DNA of 62,156 bases, the filler included, from Chiloscyllium plagiosum (Eukaryota): the NCBI RefSeq assembly GCF_004010195.1. It is 4 parts of one record of this genome, joined end to end, with 100 filler letters (N's around TTAATTAATTAA, not from the genome) between each part and the next. Parts side by side here need not be neighbours in the genome. Positions count along the whole stretch, not along the records: positions 1 to 25,055 come from NC_057715.1; positions 25,156 to 52,916 come from NC_057715.1; 2 more parts are not named here. One strand, 5' to 3'. This document shows, piece after piece, positions 14,560-27,403 of the stretch (position 1 is the first letter of the stretch; each line of letters opens with the position of its first letter). The notes beneath the pieces are model-generated. The model was not told the origin of the DNA, made no database searches, and saw only the letters and a program-made list of their open reading frames with translations. A program made the translations under genes and the position numbers.

Positions 14560-16810
14560 CTATTAATAAAGATAAAGTAAATATTCTATGGTGCCTCTGG
14601 TTGTTAAGATAATGAAACAGGAGATTATTCAAAAATTTAATTTGAACTATAGCCTCACTGACAAAAGACAACATTTGGGTGCATATATGCAGAAGCAAAA
14701 ACATGATGCTTGAAATCTGAAAAATAAAGTGCTGGAAACGGTTACCAATTCTAGTTGGCAATCAAGGTCAGCAAATTGTAAAGTTAGATCTCTCTCCTCA
14801 GCTGCTTTTAAACCTCAACATTTCTGATATTGCTTTTATTTTCTATTTTTCTGCTGGATATATTAAGTGAAAGGTATGCTGCATGTAGTAAATATTTAGA
14901 GGGAAAAAAATTACTAATTTCCCAATGCAAGCTCTTCAAAATGCCAAAGCCATTGATCCATATATGATATTAGTTGAAGAATGTTATATTGCATAGCAAA
15001 GAGGATTCTGTATATGCTGTGAATATTTCAGATTAAATATTTTCCTCTACATTAACGTATTTCTGTTGTGGTCAACTAATGTGCTAAGATTACATAAAAG
15101 ACATTGCATATTACAATGGTACCACTGTTGTCATCAAAAATAACATTCCATCGTCAGGTCTTAGTATCTTCCTTTTTTAGGAATGTGATAGTCCAAGGAT
15201 AGAAATGGCATTCAGGAAAGGAATTCTTACGTTCCTTTTTACTAAGCTCATTGGGTACATTTTCTGGTCTCAATACCCAGACTCAAGATTGCCAATGTTC
15301 TTGTCAATCTAAGATTGCAAGTTCCTTAAATAGGGTGTCTCAACATTCCCAGCTATACAGTATCCTATTTACAATCCCAAATCAAAAATCATTAATCTAC
15401 AGATCCATGCCCATACATTCTTTGTAGCCTGGAAAGTCAAACTGTTTTACAATACATATCAAATCTTGCAGAAAACATTAACTTGGCCTATGCCATTGTC
15501 CTATTTACACAAAACAACCAAGTACTGTAAAGTTAAATGCTCAGAATAGTATACAAACTGAAGATTACTATTTAGCATCAGATAGTTATGGCAGCAATAA
15601 ATAAAAGATCATTGCAAATGGTCAACTTTTGGCAATGTCACAAAGAGTACAGTATTTAGTTGTTTTACAATTATTTTAAACCATTAAGTGGGACAATCAT
15701 TCTGGAAATGAAGACATCCCACATTTAGCCCTTTTAAACTGGAAATACAAAAATCCTATTAAGTACAGTTTGGTATCTTTTTTAAATCTAATGAAGCTGG
15801 TGATTTTAAAAGTATTTTTTTTTAAAAATGCTGTTAAGTGAAAACAAAAAAGTTCAATCATCCAAGCTTGCTAAAAGTCAGCAGTACATCTTCCAATTTT
15901 CCTCTTCTTTCATTAGTTATTTAGGATGAGATACTATCAATAACTGACAACACATTCCAAAATACTCAAATTGACCCATTTGCTTTTTTGCATTCTCCCT
16001 CCACCCCATTCAAGAGAATATGCTTTGGTTTTGCCTCAAAACTCTCTCTTGTCAGTCAAACTTATGGAATTCCCTCCCCATCAGTATTGTTGGTCAACCT
16101 ACAGCACATGGACTACAGCTGGTCTAGAAGGGGGCCACCACCTTCAAGGGCAACTAGGGACAGGCAATAAATGCTGGCCAGCCAAAGATGACAAGATTCC
16201 ACAAAATGAATTTAAAAATCCATGCACTTCCAATGTGTAGTTATTAAAGTGTAGTTATTATTTGGTCATTATTTGAATTCCAGTACCATCTTGTTCAAAT
16301 TTACATCTATTGAAATATGCCAGTGTTAAGCAACACATGAAACTAATCAAGTGTCCATTTAATTCCTGACTAGTCTAATTGCATAAGGACAACAGCCGAC
16401 TCCTAAACTATCACTGCCTCTTGCAACCATTATGCATTTACATCAAGCTGGTGTCTCTCCAATGTGCACATGTAGATGCATTTTATTCACCTTCAATGAA
16501 GATTCATTTTTTGTTACTGAAGTATGCATTGATGTGCTTTGGATCAATGTCACATTACCAAAGGTTGCAAATGTATGTATTTGAGGGGAAGAAAAGATCA
16601 GAAATCATGCAAGGTCTTCAAAGTATATTTCCTATATTCCAGTTAACATCAACAAAATACACAAAACACACTTTTTGCTTTTTCATTGTTTAGTCTGTCA
16701 CCCTCCAAAAAAATTACAAAACTATATCCGATGAGAAGCCCATAACAAAACACACCTTAATTCAGACACTTCATGACAACTACAAAAGTGTACGTTTTTT
16801 GAAATGTTAC

Positions 16811-16894
16811 CTCAGCATTCCTCGGTGTTCTTCATGCCAAGTCTGTATTCTATCTTCCCATTGTTCTTTTGTCAGCTTATGTTGTTCTAAGACA
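16811..16894 (-). CDS. RDX: Radixin coding exon, FERM F2 (84 nt): [28 protein letters not shown]
   Basis: Within ORF 16807-16989; ttag| acceptor, |gtaac donor. Confidence 0.97.
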
Positions 16895-17415
16895 CTAAAA
16901 ACAAAGTACGTAATTATTAGGCTGAGAATCCTTTTTGAGGAAAAAGATGGAGATTTCATAGACTCACTTATGGATGGTGGTATTGTCAAATCAGATGCAA
17001 TGGAGACAAAGACTGGGAGAATAGTTTAGAGTTCTTACAGTAAACAGGGTGTGAGGTCATATAGTCCAGGTAACCACGGGGGCCTGTGGGTTTGTAGTGA
17101 ATATTGGTGGCCAACCTATCCCCAGGAATGGAAACAGATGTAAAGGAAGGGGAAGGGAGGAGTAATTTTGGAATACTATTCGGGTATTCTGTGAAGAACT
17201 TAAAGTACTTTTCAACTCCCTTGCCATTTCCTGGCTCCCTATCATTTCCCCAGCCTGGTTTTCCGAGTGGCTGAAGTCAACTTTGGCATCATTTACTCTT
17301 TATATACTTAAATCAATCACTAATTAAAGATGGATTATAACTGGTCACCAACCCCTCATCACTATCATGTGACTATCAAGATGTTACAAAGCAAGCTAGA
17401 TGCACTAGAGACTAT

Positions 17416-17510
17416 CCTGATGGAGGGCTTTTGCCCGAAACGTCAACCCTCCTGCTCCCCGGATGCTACCTGACCTGCTATGCTTTTCCAGCACCACACA
17501 CAACTCTAGA
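17416..17510 (+). mobile_element. Short Penelope-like terminal fragment with hammerhead-like core
   Basis: CCTGATGGAGGGCTTTTGCCCGAAACGTC followed by the family tail GATGCTACCTGACCTGCTATGCTTTTCCAGCACCAC. Confidence 0.7.
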
Positions 17511-17923
17511 AACTATCAATTCCCATATAACAGAAATACTTGAAAAATTAAGATACCTATTGCACAGAACAAACATTTCAGAAACTATCCAAACCAGATG
17601 TGAAAAAAGGTCTCGAAGATAGACTTGGTGGCAGACCTGAAAGTTACCAAGGGGAAATGAAACAAGAAAGCAAAAGGCAGAGCCTACTAAACTTAGTACA
17701 GCCAGTTTTGCCCCCATTCAATATATCAGGGGTGGTAGAGGTAGACAAGCTAACATCAATTTTTGCTCTTCAATGATCCCATGACATCATGCTCAGCCAA
17801 AACCATTAATACTTACTGAAATGCTTGCGTAGTTGGAGAGAATAATTAAGTGTTACAAAACATTTTGCATGTAACACAGCAACTCAAGGTGAAACGCAGG
17901 CAAAGTAACATTGTTCCACCTAC

Positions 17924-18198
17924 CGCTGGGGAAGAAGCCGATCGCTAGCTAGGTAGCCCGACTTGTGAACCTCTTTGTTGAAATCGCCATATTTAGCCTG
18001 CACAGCATAAGAAGCAAGTAGGACTGCAGTTTCTGGTGGACAGTAGATTTCATCATTAAGAATACCCTCTTTCACTTGCAAGAAGAACAAACGTTGCGTT
18101 ATTTCCTGGATCAGCTCCTCAGACACATCTTCTGGAAAGAACTTTGCCCTAAATTTAAATTGTAGTGGACTCTCTTTTCGCACATCCTGCTGAGTAAC
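17924..18198 (-). CDS. RDX: Radixin coding exon, FERM F1/F2 (275 nt): [92 protein letters not shown]
   Basis: Overlaps ORF 17920-18183; cag| acceptor, |gtagg donor. Confidence 0.97.
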
Positions 18199-18968
18199 CT
18201 GGAATGAAGTTGAAAAATAGGTTCACCTCTCTGCTTCAATTGAGTCATTACAGAGCAAATTAATACTGTATATACTCACATAAAAGTCGAACTTTTTAGA
18301 CTTTAAAGGTTCAACTTAGAGTAGACTATTACACGGGTAAGAGTTTTGAGGGGCTGAATTTTATGCTGCAGTTCGAAATACCATATTATTAGCAGAAGTC
18401 AATTTGACTGCTCAACTAATCCCAGGTAATGAAGAAAAACAATGAATTATGGTAAAGGTCATTACCAGGTAAAAGCAAGAGAAACAAGAATTATTGGTAG
18501 TAAATTTTATTTATACATATCAGCACAAAAATTTAACAAGTCAAAGATTCAACAAAATCTTGCAAAATCACACTGTTCAACATAGTCATGGCCTGGTAAA
18601 ATGGCACACCTAAAATGAAACATTTATTAAGTTCTGAATGTGCAAGTGTCTTGAATGTTCTCGCCAAATTCTTCTATTTCCCTCCCATTTATTCTCATAT
18701 GGGAATGAGCCATAGCAACATTAATTTTTTGACAAGTTTGTTAAAGATATATGTAGCTATATCTGAATAAAAAAAGATATATTAATGGCACAATTAAAGT
18801 TAACTTTTATAAACAATATTAACTTTTGGATTTGGTGAACAAAGTGTGATAAGTACTGATCGACTTAGTACCGGTCTGAATGAGTGAATCAAAACATGGT
18901 GTAGTAAACCAAGTGGGCTAAGTAGAGTTATGAATGCATGGAGATGTAACAGTAAACAAAGAGCGATG

Positions 18969-19049
18969 TGGGGGGAAAAGGAAGGAGAGAAAAAAAGGAA
19001 AAAAAAAAGGAAAAGAAAAAAAAAGGAAAAGGAAAAAAAGGAAGGGGAA
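18969..19049. repeat. Low-complexity pure A/G tract
   Basis: About 80 nt composed only of A and G on the + strand (poly-pyrimidine on the RDX sense strand). Confidence 0.85.
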
Positions 19050-20918
19050 TTCATTTAAATGAGTCAATGGGAACATATAGTTTCCTTTTTAAAGAGATTT
19101 ATAATGCAATATAGTCAGGTCGACCTTTACCCGAGTATATACAGTACTCTAGAGGGTGATCTTGTCTGATAGGGTTTTATGGAACATTTCAGTTAGAGAA
19201 ATCAATGTTGGATATTTATTTCAATTAATTCTTCAAGTTCCATGTCCAGCAATACTCCATGCTACATGTCTACAATGAGAAATAAAGAGGAAGATTCAGC
19301 CCAGTATATAAACACTGATTGCAATATTAATATTCTTCAATACAGTCAGAAGTGTAAAAAAGTAGAGAAAAAAATAGCAACATTAAAATGGCAAAATATA
19401 TTGAGTCCTAGTGTGTAAATCATCTGGGAGAGAGAACATTTTTTCTGGCTTTCAGATTGTTTGTAATATGGTGAAGTGGAGGAGTTAGCATGGCAGATCA
19501 TCCAAGCAGTTCTGAAACAAATTAGGGAGAAAACAAATACAATGATAGGAGCTCACTTTTCATTGGAGGTCCGATTAATTCCTAATGGGCTTACTTTAAA
19601 AAAAAAGTAAGAGCTTGCCTGATACTGGAATAGACAAATCATAAGCCATTACTCAATATGGAGCAAATATTAAAACACATGCAAGCGACAGATCTGGGCA
19701 ACAAGGTAACCCAAATCTTACATTTTCTCCAGTTCCAGAAGTAATCTAACATATGGCCGTGCTCAGAACAGAATCCTGCCTAGAACTACATTTACACAAT
19801 GTATCAAATTAATAAGAAAAAGACATCTAATTGAAACTGAATTGCATGTTATTAAAAAGGTGTTTGTAATAATAATAGATTCAGTACTAAATTTTTCCCA
19901 TATGTTACTTGGCTTCAAATTCAACCTAAGGTTACACACTGGAAAATTGGTTTGCTGGCTTTATATGTTCTGGTGAGAAACTAATTTGGACAGAATCAAT
20001 CTAGCTCATAGGGAGGGAATTGCAGCACAATTGGCTCAATTTGGCACGTTACCACAGGATAGTTCATATGGGACACGCAATGATATGACTGGCATAGGAA
20101 GAGAATACAAAAAGAAAAATTTAGGAGTAAAGAAAACATTATTAGACAATGCTATATCTGGGTTGCAAGTACAGATGCTGATAATAAACAATTCAATCCC
20201 ACAGAAGATATTTTAATGTTCAGTTTCACTTGAAGACATTTTCTAATCTCTTCACCTGCTCTCCCACCCCGAACTCCAAATGCAAGAAAAACAGATTGTG
20301 CTCTAATTTAGAGTAGTTGTTTATACTAATCCTATCGCGTATATCTTGCATCCTATAACCACGAAAGTGTCAATATCAGCCACTTGATACGTAGTGACCC
20401 TGAAGTTAAATCATATAGCTGGTCTCTCAGGAGAGCAGCCCGATGACCCAGGAAGGACTATAGGGCCTTTACTTATTTTTAATAGATCATTGTGCACAAC
20501 TACTGCTGATAAGAGTACAAACAAGGAGAAAAAAAAAAAGTCAGAAATGCTAATATTCAAGTGGATTAACTGTGTATTTCACTTTCCTGGAAACAGGTCT
20601 GTTCATCTGCTATACAATACTACTACTACTACTACTGTCAGCACAAGAATGTACTTAAAGTTGCACATTCATCTCATGCAGTTTTATCTTTAGTTAAAAG
20701 CTCAGAATTCAAATTTAGGCCCTCTGGATAAATTTAGTCTTTCAAGATTCTTTCCCCCCCCTCTAGAAGTTGCAAGTTATGTAGGAACACTGATCTTTTA
20801 TTAAAATATACTAATTTTAAATCTCTAAAAATGACAAAATCCAAATGTGCTCTCTGCCTTACAATTAAAAAAGGTAGTTTTAACGATTTGAGCTGATTAA
20901 AATGAGGAATAAAAATAC

Positions 20919-21014
20919 CTTTTTGTTTAGCTTCAGCCACGTGGTATATCCTTTACTGTCTATATACTGCAGGCCAAAGAACCACACTTCTCGGAGACCA
21001 ACAGTTTTTACAAC
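20919..21014 (-). CDS. RDX: Radixin coding exon, FERM F1 (96 nt): [32 protein letters not shown]
   Basis: cag| acceptor, |gtatt donor; hand translated; phase 0/0. Confidence 0.97.
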
Positions 21015-22074
21015 CTGAAAACAGAAATATCTAGTAGTATCCTTCCAAATTTTTAAAGTTTTAGTAATTTAAGAATTTGCATTATGGCTTCAAACAGCAG
21101 AATATTTAGACAGTGGTAACTAAAAGCTCTTTTAGCCCAATACAAAAATAACATTATCAATAAAAACAATGACAAAAGCACTAAAGCATAGAAAGTAAAA
21201 TTTTAAACAGATGGTGGAGGTAGCGTAGCAAGTGGAATATGCCACACAAATCCAAAAGCGAATTTCACCATAAAACTGGATGAATGATTCCTCAATTCCA
21301 TTTACTTACCTCCCTCAGTATACTTAGCTAGGTGACCAAGTGAAAAAGTTTAATTTATCTAGTCACCAGTTCTTTGCTGACCCCAAAGCACCAAAATTAA
21401 GTACATCCATCTGCCCCTAAAGGAGCCACATTTCTCTTCATCATGGTGGTTCTTTTATGTAAAATATTTTGTGATTGGCTTTGACATCTCTTGCAAACCA
21501 ACTACAATTGAATGAGTTTCAAAGAAAAGATAGCACGACATATGAAGCAGCTAAAAAAGTTGCAAATGAGCACATTTATGAACTGACTGGCATATTAAAT
21601 TTTTTTTTTTTAAAAAACTCATTCCTGGAATGCAGGCATGGCTGTCAATGTCTAAGCCAGCATTTTTCCCCATCTGCATTAGATCTGGAGAAGGTGGTGT
21701 TAGCAGTCTTTTTGAACAGTTGCAGTCCTCAGGATATAGGGAAACCTATAGGGCCATTTAGAAAAGGGAGTCCCAATATATTGAGCCAATGACAGTGAAG
21801 AAGTGACAATATGGTTCAAAGTCAGGATTGGTGTAGGATCTGGAGCAGAACTTAGTGGCAGCCATCCCATCTAACTGCAGCCTTGACCTTCTTGGTAATA
21901 GATGTTATGAACTTACGTCACAGAGGACAATTAAAAGTCAAATCACACTAACAGTGGACAACACAAGGCAACCAGGTCAAGAGACCACATTTCCTTAAGA
22001 ATATTACTAAGCTAGTTTTGTTTCAGTATTAATTGCTGAGATTTATTTCCCCATTTGCAGAGGCTAGTTATCTA

Positions 22075-22277
22075 CACAGGTCATTCTGCTATAATGCATT
22101 TCATGATTGTAACATGATTGATGAATTGAGGACACGGTTTCTAAAGTGTGAACTTTTAAAAGCATGGTTTTGGTTATAACATGATTCCATCATTTAAAAC
22201 AGTGACGTTATTGCACAATTTTCTTACAGCAGATTGCACGAGAAAGGACCTACTGCTTTATAATAGAACGACCGCTG
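22075..22277. mobile_element. Short non-autonomous DNA transposon (Tc1/mariner-pogo-like MITE)
   Basis: Imperfect terminal inverted repeats CACAGGTCATTCTGCTATAA and (reverse complement) CAGCGGTCGTTCTATTATAA, 15/20 matches, flanked by TA on both sides; a related decayed copy lies at about 24564-24731. Confidence 0.55.
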
Positions 22278-22529
22278 TATTTTATGTGCTTTTGTGTACA
22301 AAGTGAGGGAAATGGAGTTGACACTCAGTTTTGAGATTGTGCCAGCTTTGGTTCTTCAATCTTACTTTACCTTCTCTTCTCTCCTGATCTTTTCCATTTG
22401 GTGACATTTACCAAGGTTCCTATGCCCTATCTATATTAGAGATAGATGTCCTAATCAATTTCTGTGAACATTAAAAATTTCTATCCTTGGCTCTCTCCTT
22501 TGCATACTGTTCCTCAGCAATGTGCTTTA

Positions 22530-22625
22530 TTCCTGAAGAAGGGCTTTTGCCCGAAACGTCGATTTTGCTGCTCGTCGGATGCTGCCTGAATTGCTGTGCT
22601 CTTCCAGCACCACTGATCCAGAACT
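22530..22625 (+). mobile_element. Short Penelope-like terminal fragment with intact hammerhead-like core
   Basis: CTGAAGA-A-GGGC-TTTT-GCCC-GAAAC-GTC at 22533-22560, then the family tail GATGCTGCCTGAATTGCTGTGCTCTTCCAGCACCAC. Confidence 0.7.
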
Positions 22626-23252
22626 TTGCCACATGCAGGCTTCCAAAACTCCACTTTTGCTGCAACTCAATTCTACTGTTCCACATCCAAAATTTCTTCA
22701 ACTGCCAACACCACTGGTCTTTTCTTAAATGCCTTAACTGCATCCAAACTCTCCATCTTTCACTTCAACAATCTCTTGAGCTCCAATCTTTTCCCTTAGC
22801 TAAAACTAGTCTAACCTTATCAAAAATCTAGTTTTCTCATCACCCCAGTCTTTGCTGCCCTGCCACATAATGAATTCAACATCCTTGCCCCTATTTGCAG
22901 ATCAGTCTTGCATCTTACACATCCTTTGCTTTGTGTGAAAGCTGATGACTTCTGCTCCCTGGTGTATCACACCTTACTGCACACTTACTGTTCATGAGAG
23001 TCTTCAGATGACAGGGCTCTACTCAAAACACCTTTTCCCAAACCCTGCCTTCTACCTCCTCACTCAGCTTCAGAGGTGACCATTTTCAGGATCTTGTTAT
23101 AAAATTATGATCAGCTGTTGCTTTAAGAATTGATAAGATTTACAAATTCTAAAAGGACTCCACTAAAAAGATTAATTTGAAATTTCAGCCATGCAGCAAA
23201 ATTTAATTGTTAATTCAAAATAAACCAAAGCAGCAAAAAACACTGATCTTAC

Positions 23253-23336
23253 CTGATCAAAGAGTTGCTTGCCAGTTGTACTTGGTTGAATGGCAAACTC
23301 AAGCTCTGCATCCATGGTAGTGACACGTACATTGAT
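23253..23336 (-). CDS. RDX: Radixin coding exon, start of FERM domain (84 nt): [28 protein letters not shown]
   Basis: acag| acceptor, |gtaag donor; hand translated. The short ATG-containing exon was not found before the spacer at 25056. Confidence 0.97.
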
Positions 23337-24967
23337 CTGTCAACAGGCAGAAAATTAAACCCATTAATCCAATTTGTCTACAGACAATAAAATTGCAAAA
23401 ATTGATATAGTAGCTTAAGCAAATACAAACAAATTCTGAAGTCATCAGCATTTTAACTTTCTCCCATTTTGAGAAACCAGAAACAGCCATTTCTAAGCAA
23501 CTCCTTTCAGGTGCTATAATCATTACTAGACTCCTAGGAGAAAATATTTTTAAAATCTAACTCAGGCATCAAGGGATTATATTCATCCATGAAAATTAGT
23601 AGCACATGACATGCCAATTATAGGTTAGTTTTGGAAAAGGAAAACAAGCTTGCACACTTTCTTGTAACAAATTCATCTTTAGATGTTAATGCAATTAGTC
23701 TATTTTGATATTCCTGCAAAGTCAGTTGCACAGCCTTCCTCCCACACATTTAGACAATAAGTCTATTAGTTCAACATGTTTGAATTTTGCTAATCAATAG
23801 CAAGTCCAAGTGTACCACATGAGAATCATCATGCTCCTTCCAAACTTAAAATATTGTAATTACTGACGTGGATTATTATTAGTGGTGGATTGTGATGGGA
23901 GTCTGAAAACAGCCAACCAAGGACAGCATACATTTTATAATTCATCCAAGCATGCATGCTCATTGAACAAAACAGGGATCTTGTCCTGGATTGGGTAGCA
24001 AGAACACCCACGTGACAGTTCCAATTTAATATCAACAAACAACATTTAAAATCAAAGATGCAGATTATGGGTACTCCTATCGGCCCCAGTTATGCCTTTA
24101 AGTGGAGTACATGGAATATTCCTTGCTCCAGTCCAACTGAGCTCCTGCTGACAAATTTCTCTGTTAAAATGATATTTGTTAAACAGATGCTGGAAATAGT
24201 GGTTCCACCTTATCAAACCTGCCTTTTCATCTACCTAACCCCTTTACATTTCTGTTGCTGAAGACCTCTTGTAAAGATCAGAGGGGAGGAAGGAGGACGA
24301 AGATGTTAGTGTATATGATAATGGCAAATGAAGCAAATTGCTAGTAATGGCTATAAAAATCAAGGAACGAACAAAAGGAACTTAATCACCAAGAAATTAA
24401 TAGAAAGAACATGAGGAAATAAAATGGACCGTAAAATGTGAGTCATTACTATTTATATAACAGATTAGCAAAGGTAAAACATGGGTCTACTGCAAGTCGA
24501 GGATAAATAATAGAAAAAAATTAAGAAACTGAAAAGGCAGTAAGTATTGCATGCTCTGAGTGGACACAAAGTCAGTTCCACTATAACACATGCAATCCAG
24601 TTTTAAGAAAATGGTATAATAGCAGCACCATTTCAACGAATGGGACAGGAACCATAACTAATACACATTCTGGAAGTTTGCACTTTAGTGAATTCAAGTT
24701 AAATGAAATACATATTATAGCATAACCTGTAAAATAAAAAAAAGGTTGTAAATTGGAGATTCAAGGAGAGAGTGTGGTAGAACAGAGGTTAGAATTAGTG
24801 AAACATTAGAGAAATTAAAACGGGACTGAAAAGCTGACAATCCCTCAGAGCTAATGAGCTTAACCTCAGGTGCAATGGGAGAGATGGTGACAAAAGATAG
24901 CTAATGAATCTGCTATCGTCCTTCAAACTTCTACAACACTAAGTTGAACAGCTCCAGGGTGGGGGGG

Positions 24968-25055
24968 GAGAGGGAGGAGAGGGAGGAGAGGGAGGAGAGG
25001 GAGGAGAGGGAGGAGAGGGAGGAGAGGGAGGAGAGGGAGGAGAGGGAGGAGAGGG
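24968..25055. repeat. 9-bp tandem repeat (AGGGAGGAG)n, about 10 copies, running into the spacer
   Basis: Directly visible perfect repeat. Confidence 0.95.
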
Positions 25056-25155
25056 NNNNNNNNNNNNNNNNNNNNNNNNNNNNNNNNNNNNNNNNNNNNT
25101 TAATTAATTAANNNNNNNNNNNNNNNNNNNNNNNNNNNNNNNNNNNNNNNNNNNN
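25056..25155. other. Artificial contig-joining spacer: 44 N + TTAATTAATTAA + 44 N
   Basis: Identical 100-nt structure occurs three times; the 12-mer (25100-25111) places TAA stops in all six frames. Confidence 0.95.
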
Positions 25156-27403
25156 ACTCCCGGAAGCGACGGCTTACTGGTCGAGCTCTATTCCGCTCTG
25201 TGGGACTTGATTGGCCAGGACTTGCTGGAGGTGTATGTCAGTATGCTTCGGGCAGGTACCATGAGTGAATCCATGAGGAAAGGCATCATCACCCTCATCT
25301 ACAAGCGGAAGGGGGAGAGGGAAGAAATTAGAAATTGGAGACCGATCTCACTGTTAAACACAGACTACAAAATCTTGTCAAAGGTCATTGCCAACCGGGT
25401 CAGGTCTGCTCTGGGGTTTGTGATTCACCCTGACCAAACCTGTGCTGTGTCGGGCAGGAAGATCGCTGAGAGTCTTGCACTCCTCAGGGATACGATCGCC
25501 TATGTGCAGGACAGAGGGTTGGACACCTGCCTGTTCAGCCTGGACCAGGAGAAAGCCTTTGGCAGGGTATCGCATACATATATGAGGGATGTCCTCTCCA
25601 AAATGGGCTATAGGGAGGGAATCAGTTATTGGATCAGACTGCTCTACACCAACATTGTCAGTGCAGTCTCAATCAATGGGTGGGAATCAGATAGCTTCCC
25701 AGTCAGATCTGGAGTCAGGCAGGGCTGCCCTCTCTCTCCTGCCATGATTGTGTGCTGCATAGAGCCATTTGCCGAGTCCATCAGGAAGGATGCGAGCCTG
25801 AGAGGGGTGACTATTCCTGGCAGCGGGGGCCTGCAGGTTAAGGCCTCCCTGTACATGGATGACGTCGCCGTTTTCTGCTCGGATCCGCTGTCCGTGCGCA
25901 GACTCATGTGCATTTGTGACCGGTTCGAACGGGCCTCGGGGGCCAAGGTAAACTGAGGCAAGAGTGAGGCCATGCTCTTCGGGAACTGGGCCGACCAATC
26001 CTCGATCCCCTTCACCGTCAGGACCGACCACCTGAAGGTGCTGGGTATTTGGTTCGGAGGGTCTGGGGCGTGCACCAAGTCTTGGGAGGAGTGTATCAGC
26101 AAAGTGAGGCAGAAACTAGGCAGATGGAAGCTACGGTCGCTCTCCATCGCGGGAAAAAACCTGGTCATCAGGTGTGAGGCACTGTCATTGCTATTATACG
26201 TGGCACAGGTCTGGCCTATCCCCAGAACCTGTGCCGCTGCAGTCACCCGGGCCATCTTCCAGTTTATATGGAGGTCAAAGATGGACCGGGTCCGAAGGGA
26301 CTCGCTGTACAAAGATCTGGGCAATGGGGGAAAAAGTACACCCAATGCCACCCTCACCCTGATGGCCACCTTTGTGTGTGGCTGCATCAAGCTGTGCGTG
26401 GATCCCCGGTACGCAAACACCAAGTGTCACTACGTACTGAGGTTCTACCTGTCGCCGGTGTTGTGAAGAATGGGCCTGGCCTCGCTGCCGCGGAACGCTC
26501 CGAGTAGTCGGACCGTTCCGTATCACCTGTCCTTTGTGGAGAAGTTTATGAAGAAAAACACCTTTGACCACAAGTCCATCAGGAAGTGGTCAGCACGTAG
26601 TGTCCTTGAGACCCTTCGGGAAAAGGAGAGGGCGGATCCTATCGAGCGGTTCCCTGAGCAGACTGTCAAAGCCATTTGGCAGAATGCCTCATCGCCAGAA
26701 GTTTCCAACAAGCACCAAGACATGGCTTGGCTGGTGGTGAGAAGGGCTCTGCCTGTGAGATCCTTTATGCACGCCCGGACTCTCAGCCGCACTGCCCGCT
26801 GCCCTCGAAGCGGCTGTGGGGGGGATGAGACTGTCACACACCTCCTCCTGGAATGTGCCTATGCAGAGAAAGTCTGGAGAGAAATGCAGTGGTGTTTGTC
26901 GAGGTTCGTCCCGAGCAGCGCCGTGACGCGGGACTCCGTGCTCTACGGCCTGTTCCCCGGGACGCACACTGAGACGAATATCAACTGTGCCTGGAGGATC
27001 AACTTGGTGAAGGACGCTCTCTGGGTGGTCCGAAACATGCTGATCTTCCAGCTGAAGGAGTTGACCCCGACTGAGTGCTGCAGACTGGCACATTCCAAGG
27101 TCCAGGACTACGTGTTGAGGGATGCGCTGAAGCTTGGGGCAGCTGCCGCCAAGGCGCGGTGGGGAAAGACCACTGTGTAAAGTCTGCCTGCCTAACGAAG
27201 TACAGGGGGCCCATGCAGTCATTTGGGCTCTGCTGACGCCTCAGCTAATTATATGGGCATATGATCGAAAAATGTACAGACCTGTATAAAAATGATAAGT
27301 TCTGATCTCTGTATGTACATGTTTACATATGTATGGCATGACCAACTGTACAGACCATCAAATTATTTTATGAATAAAGTATATTTTTGAAATAAAAAAA
27401 AAA
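25156..27403 (+). mobile_element. Tx1-clade (L1 group) non-LTR retrotransposon, 3' half: RT domain, C-terminal CCHC region, 3' UTR and poly(A)
   Basis: One frame 25156-27180 with TPGSDGL, NWRPISLLNTDYKIL, SLDQEKAF, GVRQGCPLSP, YMDD (25852-25863) and CPRSGC...ETVTHLLLEC; two in-frame TGA; AATAAA at 27373-27378 and A-tail to 27403; GC and CpG richer than flanks. Confidence 0.92.

Noticed and set aside
18800..19054. Phe-rich membrane-protein-like ORF
   Set aside because: It is the translation of a low-complexity pyrimidine tract within an RDX intron.
25100..25111. TTAATTAATTAA as a biological motif (homeodomain site, piggyBac TTAA target)
   Set aside because: It sits between exactly 44 N on each side three times, so it is a synthetic linker.
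25954..26466. Programmed readthrough or selenocysteine at the two in-frame TGA codons
   Set aside because: CpG decay of Arg codons in a dead copy is simpler; no SECIS-like element was recognised.
25378..27222. Long antisense and alternative-frame ORFs over the Tx1 element
   Set aside because: Shadow ORFs of a GC-rich coding sequence with no recognisable motifs.
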